The translations under genes were made by a program, and so were the position numbers. From Gnetum montanum (lineage: Eukaryota; Plantae; Gnetophyta): DNA of 64,000 bases. This document shows positions 1 to 12,278 of the stretch, piece after piece. A model generated the notes under the pieces. It was given only the letters and a program-made list of their open reading frames with translations. It was not told the DNA's origin and searched no databases. Every line of letters starts with the position of its first letter. Position 1 is the first letter of the stretch. The stretch spans positions 148,832 through 212,831 of the forward strand of contig MNCI01000970.1 of the NCBI GenBank assembly GCA_015680685.1, given 5' to 3'.

Positions 1-879
1 TGTCCTAACTCCTCTCGACCTTCCTGTCGAGGCATTTCATCTCTTTTACCTTTACTCTCCGCGTTATGCTCATGGTGGCTGCGCCTAGATGTGGAAGGAG
101 AGGGTGAATGATGAGATGAAGGAGAAGAAGAAGGGGATCCATCACCATGGTGATGTTTCTTGTCTTCTCTTCGGCTGCTTTGGCCCCGATCATTGTGATG
201 ATCAACAAGTCCATCATTAGTGTGAGTAGTTGTTCCTGCCGTGAACAGCTGGTGCTCACGGGGATTAGAGCCTGGAATATGTATCGTTGATCTAAGCCCC
301 TAATGCCTAACCTCTTCACTAGAGTGAGGAGGAGGAACATCATCTTCTCCTATTTCACTAATGACGTAGGGAACCTTGTCCTTCAATAGTGAATGTTGGC
401 TCTCCTACCTTGCGTCCCGAATACGTTGGGCATTTGTGGGATGATAATCCCTTGTGTCATGGTCATCTAAAACATATTCTGCGAACAGCTCATGCATGCC
501 AATCTGTACCAAGACATGGAAAAGCATGTTGGGAGCAGAGCGATCTGGGGGTAACACAATGTTACCTTGCATGTCTCTCCACCGCAGTTGCTCATCTTGA
601 TGGAAAACAAAGGTAAAATCCGGCACATACTCATCGGGATGAGTATATGTGACCTTAGATTGTTGAGGACATGGTTGATCTCGGTTATGCGTATGATGCT
701 GACTTTCTCCTGTATTGTCCTTAGGTGAGTTGATTTCGTGAGAAGAAGCCATTTCTATTGGTGTGCTAACTTCACCGTTATTTATTGTTCTTGATTAACT
801 GATTAACCCTAAGGTTCGTTTTAAGCTCACAACGATGTGAGTGATATCCCTTATGTTAAATTGGCGAAAAAACACTTAG

Positions 880-897
880 TCCCCGGCAACGGCGCCA
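880..897 (-). promoter_or_regulatory. Primer binding site (tRNA-Asp type) of element B
   Basis: + strand tccccggcaacggcgcca, 1 nt from the LTR terminus. Confidence 0.9.
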
Positions 898-898
898 A

Positions 899-1932
899 TG
901 ATGAGTGGCGAGGTACCCCTACACTCCACCATACGAATACGAGCGTACACGCGCGATCCGGTCGAACTCCGCAGACTAAATGCCTTAACGCCACAAGAAA
1001 CACTTGGGGTTAATCGTTCGTTGTCTTCCCAGGCTTGCTTGTATGTGTCACGGTGTATGGTTAAGCAAGTCTGAGGTATGTGATTTTTTTGGTATTTTCG
1101 GCTTATCTTCTATGCTACCAGGAGAAAGGGTTGAGAAAACTAAACTAACTCTAACTAAGATCTAAGTCTAAATTAACTAGCGTCAGCATCCGTTCCCACT
1201 TGCCGGACACACCCTGAACTATGCAACTGCAGCTTACCAAACGCTAATCGTTACTGGGATCGCCACACGTAACGCAAGTGCTCGAAGTGGTCGTACTGAG
1301 GCACCTATTTAGCCTACGTGTGATAAGCAGCCGATTCCTTAGCCAGCCGTACACACCCGTGGGTGCTCGTAACTAAGTCGTACTTATCACACGATCTAGC
1401 CTAGCAATGAGCAGCCGATTCCTCAACTAGCCGTACACATTAGACCCGGGAGTTACCAAGCGCAGAATCCTGGAATACGCTACTGGGTTACCAAGCATCC
1501 AATGCTCGTAATTGAGTCGTACTCATGCATTGCGTCAAGCAGCCGATTCCTTGACTAGCCGTACACGTCCGTAGACGCTCGTAATCAAGTCGTACTTGTG
1601 CACACTAGGAAAGCAGTAAATAAACAACAATAAAACCATGTGCTGCAAGGTTTATCCAATCAAGTTCGTCTTTATTGCCGTACACAACTTGGGTTCAGGT
1701 TACAAGCTGCTCGAATAAAGAGCTGTTCACTCTAGGACTCCTACTACGGGCACATGGGAAAAATTCTAACTCTGGAGTGATCAATCTGCCAGAGCTTCGC
1801 TACTTCTAGCCAGGATTGGGAAATAAGGGGAGTGCCGCCTCTTATTTATAGATATGGCAGTGGACCGCGATATCGCGTACGCGATATCGCATGGGATGCA
1901 ATATCGCGGCACATGCAGGTCGCGTCTCATTA
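899..1932 (-). repeat. 5' LTR of element B (~1.03 kb)
   Basis: Starts tgatgagtggcgagg and ends ctcatta (decayed ctcatca). TATA box (minus ctataaataag) near 1841-1851. Shares blocks with 11286-12114 and 18708-19550. Confidence 0.85.
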
Positions 1933-2334
1933 GTTTCTTACGAGATTTAGTCCTTATCTTATCCTAATCATTAATCACCCATGGCATCCACAGACTTTTT
2001 GGTTTGAAGACATGTAAGGGAATTAAGGGCATGAGCTTGCTATGGGAAGGACCCACTTGCATACTCCTTATTTCAATTAGTTAAGTTCTTTATGCCTTAG
2101 GCATTTCTGTATTCAAGTCTTTTGTGTTCCACGCTAGCTACGTCCAATTCTACACTCCTTCATGACATCTCTTAATCATTCTCACACTTAAATCTCCTTT
2201 TTTGAGCATTATCTAGCCCTCTTCATGCATTTCATTGTGTTCTATGCTTTTTGGGCTTCATTTGGACTTCAATTTTCTATGAAAAATCTTCATTTTTCCC
2301 TTAATTTTCAAAGTTGAAAATTCTATCTTTCTAT

Positions 2335-2803
2335 TGCATTGATGGGATCCCATTGATGTAGTCTTCCAAATTCATGTGATTCCATCGATGTAGCACAAAA
2401 ATTCTATAAATAGCACCCAACACTTTGAAAATTTTTGCCATTTTTCTTCAAATGCAAGAGGAATTTTTGCAATTTTTTTGAGCCCATATATTTCACACCA
2501 CTTGTACAATTCACCTCATTCTTGTAGCTACTGGAGGTAAGCTTTACGTTGTGTTTGATGATAAAGTTTTCAATTTTTTCTCTCCCACAAGGTTTAGCTA
2601 ATAAAATGCTATTAAAATCACTAATTTAAGAAAGTTAAACTTTTTCAAAGAACTCAAGTAGATATTAAAATGAAATAATATTAAAATAATCAAACCTACC
2701 ATGGTCACAACTTAGCCAAGTATAACTAATTCAAGATATAAGGTACTCAAACATTATAAAGTTACACATCAAATGCTAATCCTTGATCATGTTGTGATTA
2801 CAG
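2335..2803 (+). promoter_or_regulatory. Internal promoter and putative 5'-UTR intron of the element A accessory gene
   Basis: Palindromic dyad at 2335-2360, TATA ctataaata at 2404-2412, donor gag|gtaagc at 2537, branch-like gctaat at 2775, acceptor ttacag| directly before the ATG at 2804. Confidence 0.65.
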
Positions 2804-3117
2804 ATGGCACCAAGACCAAATCACCTATAGGAAGGAGGACCATCTCAACCAAGGAACAAGTAGCCAAAAATTGGAAGAGCCCAACAAGAATAACCCTAGG
2901 AGTAGGTAGCAAAAACCCACGCAACGGGACCTCTTTAGGAGAAGCTTGAAGTGCAATTTATCCATTAGATTTCCTAAATTGAAATAGAGCAATCCCACCA
3001 TGATGGGGCACTGAGACCAAGGCCTAACCTTAAGGTCATGTTGATGGATGCTTACCTTAGGTAAATTCAGCCTAGGGATATCCAATGTTTAGTTCTCCAA
3101 GAATTGAACTTTGGTAC

Positions 3118-5989
3118 TGTTGGCGATTGTTTGGAACTAGACTACAATATTGGGTGGCCTTCATGTCTCGCAACCATGGTGGATGACAAGATTAAAGGTG
3201 TTCTTCAAATAAGGTTTAGGTGCTTGCTCATCTTTGGTAACACCAAGGCCCAGATACCTACAAAAAGAATTAGTAGTTATAAAATAAACTAATCATGATT
3301 ATGCCTTTGTTGTTGTGAATGTTGAAGTGGTTGGGTTATGTATAAAATTGTAATTGGCTATCATGAAGGAGATTAGCTATCTTTGTCAAATAGTGTGAGT
3401 TATTGAAGATTCCTATTTTGTCTAATCACTTAGTCTATACAGTCCCTATAGTACATTAATTGTAACAAAGAAAATTTTACAAAAACATTTGAGCACAATT
3501 CTACCAATCTACTCCTAATTTCCCAGAAAGAGAAAGTTCCACAAGGAAACTAGAAATAGAGCGAGATTCAATGGACCTAGAAAGAGAAAGAAAAGAAAAT
3601 AGATTTGCATGAAATCTCAAATATTTACACAAGATAAATTGACATAAGGAGATACTTCACAATAAAGTTATTCCAATTCAATCTAACTACGAATTATTCA
3701 AACCTTCTAAGCTCAACAAGAAATTTCATGAAAGACAATCTTACTTACTACTAAAAATGTTGTGTAAATGAAAAGTTTGAGTCTCTATTTTGGCTAGTAA
3801 ATAGTTGGCAAAGATTGCATTCAACAGAGCATTCAAAAATTTTGAAAATTTCATGATTGAAATACCAAGGAAATACACTCTAAAATAATGAAGATATTTC
3901 ATTTGTCTCAAAATACCAAATATTTTCCTAGATCCTCTATGCTCAAATAGAAAATTTTACTAAGAAATTACTATTAAATTACGCTTGAGGCTTTTTAGCA
4001 ACATAAGCTCTTCTATGGAAAATCTAAATAGAAGTTTAATAATTGCAAAAAAATAGCTATAAAGCAACCTAGGACAAATCCAAAAATTATATGCCAAGCA
4101 TGATACTATCTAAATCATTAGCTAAGCAACTAAAAAAATGAAAAAGAATGAACTCATGAGATATTTAATAAGCCATGTTTTTACAATCTTCAATATTCTT
4201 CAAAGTTGCTTCACTCCTTCCCCCTTTTTAATTCTACCCTTGCAACCTTTATATAGTAGCCTTAAAGTAGTTACAATAATCATGAGAGGTTAAGGTGAAT
4301 AACAAATATCTAGATAATTTATTCATAACTACTATAAAGGTGTGATAAAATTTGGCCATAGTTGGCAAGTGTCTCACATCATTACAAATATTTAAAAGAT
4401 AAAATTATTACTTCCCTAGTAAGTTACAACTTCTATATAAAGTTACAAATTTTTAGAAAATAAAGGTATTTGACACTTGTCCATAAATTTCCTCCCATAT
4501 TTCTTAAATAACAAATTTTCTTTTACTTATACATATATTATTATGATCAACGTATATAAAACATTAAGCTCATATTAAAAAAATATTTTATGTTATACTT
4601 TAGGGAAATAGTTATGATAAAAATATTTCCAAATAAATGCATCCATTGTGTATGATGCCTACCACCATGAAAACTTGTTTGCTACAATTTTAATTATCAT
4701 TCTTTGCTCTTAGAAGTAATAAAAGTAGTTGTAGCTAAGTTTTATGCCCAGAACAAATCGATTGCTATTAGCTTTAGATCATGCCACCTTTACCTCCTAT
4801 AGTGACTTCATCAGAACAATAGGTGTTAGCATCAGCATAGGCTATGGCGTTGATTTTGGTGTTTGTTCTGGCTGCCGGAGGTCACACATCATTGTTACCC
4901 TCATCTTGTTGACACAGTAAAATGAAACATCAAGAACATGTAGTCGATGTTCCATCTTTTGCGATGTAGTGTTCAAATGTGTTGGTCTTCTCCTATGTGC
5001 ACATTGTTGAATGTATTCTTGCTACCAATGTTGTTACTCTACTAGAGGATTTACTCTACAAATGAGCAAACAGAGCTATGTCATGATCATTTGGCTATCA
5101 ATGCTCTGCATATAAAATAATCGTATCATTTTTTGATAATAATGTTAGGGCTTGTTTTTAATGCTGATGCAAATGATGTTGCTAATGTTGAAACCACAAC
5201 GTCGTCACCAACGGTGAAGCTACTACAAAAATGGAACTTTACTTCCCACCATCATAGTTAGGGTTAATGAGTCTACGATGCTTTTCCTCTATTTTTCAAG
5301 GATGTCAATGACATTGGTGTCCTTAATTTGAAAATTCTAGAATGATTCCAAGGCCCTCTCTTAATTTCAATCTTGTTTGCATAAATTGTATTGTTAATCA
5401 TAATTTTTTGTTTTTTTCTGCCCTTGTTTCTTTTTCTTGTTTTTATTGATTCAACGCCTACAACTACAATCAAATTTGAGCTTGAATTTGGATTTTGGTC
5501 TTATTTTTATTCAATAAGTAACCTTGTCCTTAATGAAATTCTTCATCTATTGTGGGTTCTCGTTTAATGCAGAGCCTACATTTCCCCTCTCCTCTACCAT
5601 TTCAAAAATCTAACACCATAACATTAACTTTTCTTTCCTTTGTAGATCTCCTTAAATGCACAGCAGTTATAAGTGGGAGATAGGAAAACCAACAAACATA
5701 CTTCATGTAAATTAATTAGTGGTCTTGGTCTTTGAATTCAAGAAATTCCAAAGCATTAATGATGTGAACATGTTAACTACCTCTCTACCCTTTAATTGAA
5801 TTTTAGTATCAAAGTAAAAATAGCTTTAAGTTGAGCAATGCATCATCATATCACATAATTTAAATCTCCTTTCTACACATTAATAAGTAAGTAGAACTTA
5901 TATATCACCAACATGGCCATCTCCAATAATTTTCTTTCCAAACTAAAGGCACAGTCTACTACTGCTCCAAGAAATGGTCTTATGTGACA
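3118..5989 (-). repeat. 3' LTR of the Tat element (~2.87 kb)
   Basis: tgttggcgattgtttgg...tatgtgaca, collinear with 21158-24046 along its length. Confidence 0.92.
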
Positions 5990-7179
5990 ACATTGCTCAC
6001 CCCTTCCTTTGTATATTAGCTAATAAAATAATTTTTTAAAAAACATCTTGTTTTTACATAGAGAAATAGAAATATTTTTTAATAAAAACTTCCATTAAAC
6101 TTAAGGTTTAATGGAATAAAAACCTCATTCCTAATAAAACTTAGGAAACTATACAAACTCAATATCATACAAACTATTCTATAGGTAGAAAATAATAGTT
6201 AAAGTAACTCTTTTATGGATTTCATATGTAACTTCAGTAGTGATGTATGCTCTTCTTTTCTCTTCTTGCCTAGTTGAAGCCTCAACTTGGTCTTCACCCT
6301 TACCTCCAACAATTGTCTTTGTCTCTTTTTAATCCAACTATTTAGCTACTGAATTTTAAGGTTCTTCCCAACTAGTTTCTTCTATGTCTTGGGACATGCA
6401 AGTCTCTCCCCAAGAACCATCTCTATTAGACTCTTCTTGATTTTTAGCTTAGGTGGTGCATTCATGGAAGCTACCCCAAACATTAGAATGTATAGAAAGT
6501 CCACCAGTGAGAAATCTAAACTTATCGAAAAGCCAAAGTAAGAAAGGGCTTTCACTAGTTTCTTCATAAGTGGTTTCCTTACAATAGGCTCTCAAGACAT
6601 GCTCTAGGAAACATCCTGTAACATATGGGATAAAAGGCCTTCTTATTTCCCTATCTCCAAGAACCATCTTTCTATCTCATACTTAAACACTTTCCTTGCT
6701 TTTTCACCTTAATCTTTGAATTGAGAAATGATGTATTTCCAAGCAATTCACATCTCTTTATATAGTGTAAGGTAAATTTGAAATTCCCACCAATTCTACT
6801 AACTAACTTTGCCACTTGTCCAAAACTTATTTAAATTTCATCATTATATAATTGGCTAATTTAAATTCCACTATTTAGTTATTGAAATTAATTCACCACT
6901 ATGTAGTTATCTAACCATCACTCCCACTTACAAGTAATGATTACTTGAGATAATATAAATTTAATAATTAAACTAACACTTTAAATTTAATATTTTTAAA
7001 CTAGTACTCTAACATATGCATGTTTTTATAATATTATATAAACTCATCTAACCATACATATAGGATATATATATGTTATGGTTAAATATTATACAAGTTT
7101 ATATATATACTACTCATGATATATATTAAATTTGCTTACTTACTACTATGTATACTAAATATTATTATAGTTTCATACA

Positions 7180-7218
7180 TATATATACTACTATAATATA
7201 CATATATATATATATATA
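7180..7218. repeat. Imperfect (AT)n microsatellite in the Tat 3' untranslated region
   Basis: tatatatacta...catatatatatatatata. Confidence 0.7.
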
Positions 7219-7269
7219 AGTCGTGGGTAGTTGTCCACAGTAATTTTTTATGTGTAAAACATTATATAG

Positions 7270-10200
7270 AAACTATAATTCCAACCCATCTAGCATTGAT
7301 AAGTTGTATGTATCTTCTAATAATTGCTTCTTGATCTAATCCATGTTGTCAAAAATTTATTTGGCTTCTTCATATTCCATACTAATACTAGGTCACCAAC
7401 TTTAAAATTTCTCTTCATAGGCTTTCTATCAAACCATCTTTTGACTTGTAAAGCATTCTTTAATAAATTATCCTTAGCTGTATCCAGTTCAATTTCTCTT
7501 TTGATGAGCAAGGTCATGAAAATTCTATCTTTATTGTTTTTCTCACTATATTTTTTCACAAAATATGAGGCTAAACTTATAATTTTATTTGTACTTCTTA
7601 TGGGCAAACCATAGACTAAGTTATAAGCTAACATTCCAATAGCCTTCTTGAATCTAATATGATCAACCCATAATGCAGATTGTAACTAATCAATCCAATT
7701 TCATGAATGCCCACCCATGAGTCCCTAATGTAGGAAATAAGATTTTTATTTGTAGATTTAGCTAATCCATTTCCTTGAGTATAATAATTTGAAGAAGAAA
7801 ATAGAAAGATGAATTTTTCTGATGCCCATGTTATAAACTCTTTAGATTGAAAAGCTAGTCCATTATTGAATTTGAATACTTTAGGTAGACCAAAACAACT
7901 TAGAATCTAGCCTTCCAATAACTTAATCATGTCTAATGTTGAACTTTTTCTTAGAGCCTTTCCTTTAGTTCATTTGGTAAAATAATTAGTAGTTGTGAGA
8001 ATAAACTTATGTCCTACTCTCAAAGGAGTAATTATGCGAATAAAATCTAAGCCCCATTGCTAAAATGGTCTATTTGGAATTACTATTTTTAAGGGATTTT
8101 TAGCCTTTTTGATTTTTGTTGTATGAATTTGACATTTGTAACATCTTCAAATATTCAAATAGGCCAATAAAAACCATAGCAAAGTATATGTTGCATGTTG
8201 GACTTAGGACATTCATAAAACAAATTAGAATGATCATGGAATTGTTCTAATATAGGACTAACTTGATCATTGCAAACACATTCCAAAAAACCCCCTCTGA
8301 AATCCTTTCTATATAAAATTCCATCTTTAACCATAAATTTATTTTCTCTTTTGAAGAAAACTCTCTTTTGACTTGTAGTTAAATTACTCAAAACCTTTCA
8401 TGTATCAAGGAATACTAGAATTTCATCAAAGCAATTTCCCTCATAGGTCTTAAGCACACCTACTTCATCTTCTATAGCCATTAACTTATCTAAACCCATT
8501 CCTTTAATATTATTGCAAATTTTCAATGAAAATCTAAAACCTTGAAGTTTTATGAGCCACTTCCCTCTTTTCAATCCAATTTCATTTTGGGCTAAGAATT
8601 GTTTCACTGCTGGCTTAATTACCATAATATGGACTAATGAGCTTTCCAAATAATATCTGAAATGTTGAAGTGCTTTAATGACTAAAAATGCATGTTTATC
8701 TAAACCTAAATAATTTAGTTTTGAACCTTTCAACTAATATCCAAAAAATTCAATCTATTTATCTTGATCTTTATCTCTTTGAGTTAAAATAGCATCAACT
8801 AAATCATTTGAAACAAAAGCATATAACCAAAAGTCTTCTTTCATTTTAGTTTTACCAAGTATATAGCTTCTTGAATGGATCTTTTAATTTTTGCTAAGCC
8901 TCTAATTCTTGTGTCTTCTCTACTAGGACATCTTTCTTTAGCATATTCATTAAAGGTTTAGTAATTTTAGTGAATCCAGGGATAAAGTTCTTAATGAAAT
9001 TTGTATTCCCAAAGAAAGATCTAAGATACCCTTTATTTGTAGGATACTTGATATTTTGCACTACTTGAATTCAAGAGTTATCTATAGCAATTCCTTCTTG
9101 ACATATTACATGGACTAGTAAACTTTCAAATTTAACCCCAAAGACACATTTCTTAGGATTTAATGAAATACCATACTCATGACATCTGTTAAAAACTTGT
9201 TAAAGATTACCAATATGATCTTCCATCCTTTTTAAAAAGATAATGATATCATCCAAATAAACCACAACAAACTCACCTATTAAACCTTTAAAGGCTAATT
9301 CTAGTTCTCTTTGAAAAGTAGCTCCAACATTTAACAATCCAAATGATATTCTTTGGTAAGAAAAAGTTCCCCACTTGGTGATAAATGTTATTTTATGTCT
9401 ATCATCCTTATCTACCATGATTTGATTATAACCCAAATAACCATATCGATCAACATCTCATTAATTCTAGGAAGTGGGTAATTATCTTTTTCTGAGGCTT
9501 CATTCAAATTTCTAAAATCTACACAAAGCTTAATATTGCCCTTCTTCTTCCTTATTGGTACAATTTTAGCAAGCCATGTCAAATATTAGATCAAATATAT
9601 GATTTGGGCTTGTAATAACTTCTTGATCTCAACTTCTATGGCTGTCTCAAATCATGGATTAAATTTCCTCTGTTTTTGTTTAACTATTTTACAACTATCT
9701 ATCAAAGGAATTTTATGTGTCATCACCTCTAGTCAAAAAGTTTTAAGATCATCATAAGACCAAATAAAATGTTCCAAATTATTTTTTAGAAGTAAAAACA
9801 AATTTTTCTTAAAAGGTGAATCTTTTTCCTTTATGACATTTAACATCTTCGTTATCTTAGTAGATCCAAAATTCATTGCTTTCTAACCTTGATTATTTGG
9901 ATTTTTTATATCTTTTGAGGTAAGCAAATTTTTGCTAAATTCATGTTCATAATCAATCACCTTTTTGGAAATGGAATTTGTCTTAGACCTTAACATTGTT
10001 TTAAGTATGATTTGACCTTTGAATTCTTGTTTATTTCTTAAAAACCTAAATAATTAATCATCATCTTTTAAGTAAATGCTTTATGTTATCTGGTACTGAT
10101 GGTTAATGTTCTTTCTCAAATGTCATGCTTTTGTAGCCTTCTATTCTTCTCACATCTAATGATGAAGCTACTTTTTCTAAATTGTCCACTATATAATTAT

Positions 10201-11285
10201 CCTTCCTACCTATATGTTCTATTTGGTAGTGATAAACTGATCCAACATCTTGCAGAAAAGTTGTTTATAAGGTTGCAAGAATGAGCTTTTTACTACACAA
10301 TTACCTTTAATCCATTCATAAACTAATCTTGAGCCTCCCTTAATGGTGATTACCTTGATTCCTTTTTCCAATGCTATTTTCACTCCAATACTCAGAGCTT
10401 CATATGCAGCCTTGTTGTTAATACAAGGAAAAGATAGATGAATTTCTTTGAATATTTTTGGAAAATCATCTTTTACTAGGACTACTTCAACTCCTGCACC
10501 TTTTGAGTTACAAGAACCATTGAAGTATAGTTTTCACTTGCTCTCATCTTGAGATCTCTCATTTTCTAAGTTATAAACTCTTTGAAGCATGCAAATTTAG
10601 GATTCAAAAAGTATTATTTTAACAACTTTTTTTCTCCATTAGAAGTTATGTTTTCATTCATTAAAGGCTCACTATATATGTATATTTGATTTAACTCTCA
10701 TTTCCAAGGTAGCCACATGTGAGAGTAATCTATTGATATGTGACCAAAGAAATTCTTACTTCTACTTCTACTCAAGAAAAGACTATGTGAATCTAGCATA
10801 TTTGTACTTGAATAGTTACTCTACTTTTGATAAGGGGTTCAAAAGCAATTTCTAATAGAACATTAGGTAGCTGATCCACAATCTTCACTCTAATTTTGTC
10901 CATTTGAACAATGTTTTTATTTGATTTTTTAGGAATCAAACCAAGTTTTTTTTCATATAGATAACGACATGATAGTAGATGTAGCTCCAAAATCAACTAA
11001 ACAATTGTGAAGATACTTGTATTTTAACTTGATTTTCCAAAGGCAAGGAGGAGATTCCTTATCAGAAGTACACTCATAGCTAGTTTTTATTGTGTTGTCA
11101 ATGTTAGATACATAGCTTAATTCTAATTCTTTAACTCTCTTTTTACCTATAATAAACTTTAAAGCCTTTCTTTGTTGATCCCCTATCTATAGCAATTGAT
11201 ATATGCTAATGTTTTCCCTAACATGTTTAAGATCTTTAATTAAATCATATTCTCTATCTCCATAAAAGCCTAGTTTATTCATCCA
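7270..11285 (-). pseudogene. Tat pol remnant: protease (~11050-10760), aRH (~10540-10150), RT (~9720-9100), RH (~8900-8450), integrase (~8390-7300)
   Basis: aRH *KLYFNGSCNSKGAGVEVVL...NNKAAYEAL...KGGSRLV; RT GYNQI...FGLLNVGATFQR...VYLDDII; RH ALQHFRYYL...KWLIKLQGF; INT HHCC region ILEQFHDH...GFYWP and C-terminal FKVGDLVL. Confidence 0.93.
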
Positions 11286-12114
11286 TGATGAGTGGTGAGG
11301 TACCCCTACACTCAACCATATGAATATGAGTGTTACACGTGTGATCCAGTCGAACTTCGCAGACGGACTAGTTGTGGCATCTAGATAGTTAGCCATAGGT
11401 CACAGTTCGTTGTCTTCCCACCTGAACTAGTATTAGCTTTGTCACGTATGGTTTAGTCCAGAGTGAGGTGTATGATCTGGTTTCTAATCTAACGCTACTC
11501 CTGAAAGCAATGGAAAGTAATATTAACTAAGCTAGGAGAGAAGGGTGAGAGAATCTAGACTTGCCTAATTGCGATGAGCATCCATTCCTTGATTATCTGT
11601 ACACATCTTAGACTTTGTGCATGACTACCACTGGGATTACCAAGCGTAAATCCTAAGTACGCTACTGGGTTACCAAGTAGTCACACTTAAATGCTCGTAA
11701 TCAAGTCATACTCATTCCACGTTTTAACATGAGTTTAAGGGTGAGAGAGATTAACTAGGAAAGCAGTAAATAACAATTAATTAAATGATTAATCTAAGTA
11801 AATGCTGCAATGATGAAGTAATCTCGATCTTTATTGTTGGACATGTGCGTGTCCAAGTACATCACACTCGAATAAAGGATGTCGTACAATTACAATCACC
11901 ACGCTGCGGGCATACACTAGAAAATAATTCTAACTCTAAGAAGGGAAAACTACAAGAGTTTGGCTAAGGAACTAAAATTTTTTTCCTAAACTCATCTTTC
12001 TACCTCTTATTTATAGACAAGGAGACAGGTCACGATATCGTGTATGCAATATCATGGGTTGGGCTGCGATATCGCGTACACAATATCGCAGTTGCCCCAA
12101 ATGACAACTCATCA
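11286..12114 (-). repeat. 3' LTR of element C (829 bp)
   Basis: TG...CA ends with inverted termini tgatgag/ctcatca; matches 18708-19550. Confidence 0.95.
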
Positions 12115-12278
12115 TACCCCCATGACTGAATGAAAACTCATCCTCAAGTTACAGTGATTACATAGTGGATAGGTATGGGATTATTATATGGAAGAATGGG
12201 ATTATGCCGCAGTGTGGGAAGAAAACAAAATAAAGACACAACACCAAAAAAGTGCTACAACTACAAAAATTTTGGAAC

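Larger units (their letters stand above)
1..1932 (-). mobile_element. Athila-like Ty3/Gypsy element B, 5' part (5' LTR, PBS, gag N-terminus); runs off the left edge
   Basis: The PBS on the minus strand is TGGCGCCGTTGCCGGGGA (880-897), the tRNA-Asp-type PBS typical of Athila. It abuts an LTR (899-1932) homologous to the LTRs of element C. A gag-like frame starts at 752 (MASSHEINSPK...) and contains stops. Confidence 0.85.

Noticed and set aside
1280-1600. LTR repeats as a CRISPR-like array or ribozyme
   Set aside because: The context is a eukaryotic LTR with irregular spacing and no cas genes. No hammerhead core (CTGATGA...GAAA in a three-way junction) or complete twister consensus could be built by eye.
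4800-5480. Possible captured gene inside the Tat LTR
   Set aside because: No frame stays open in both LTR copies and no motif was recognised.
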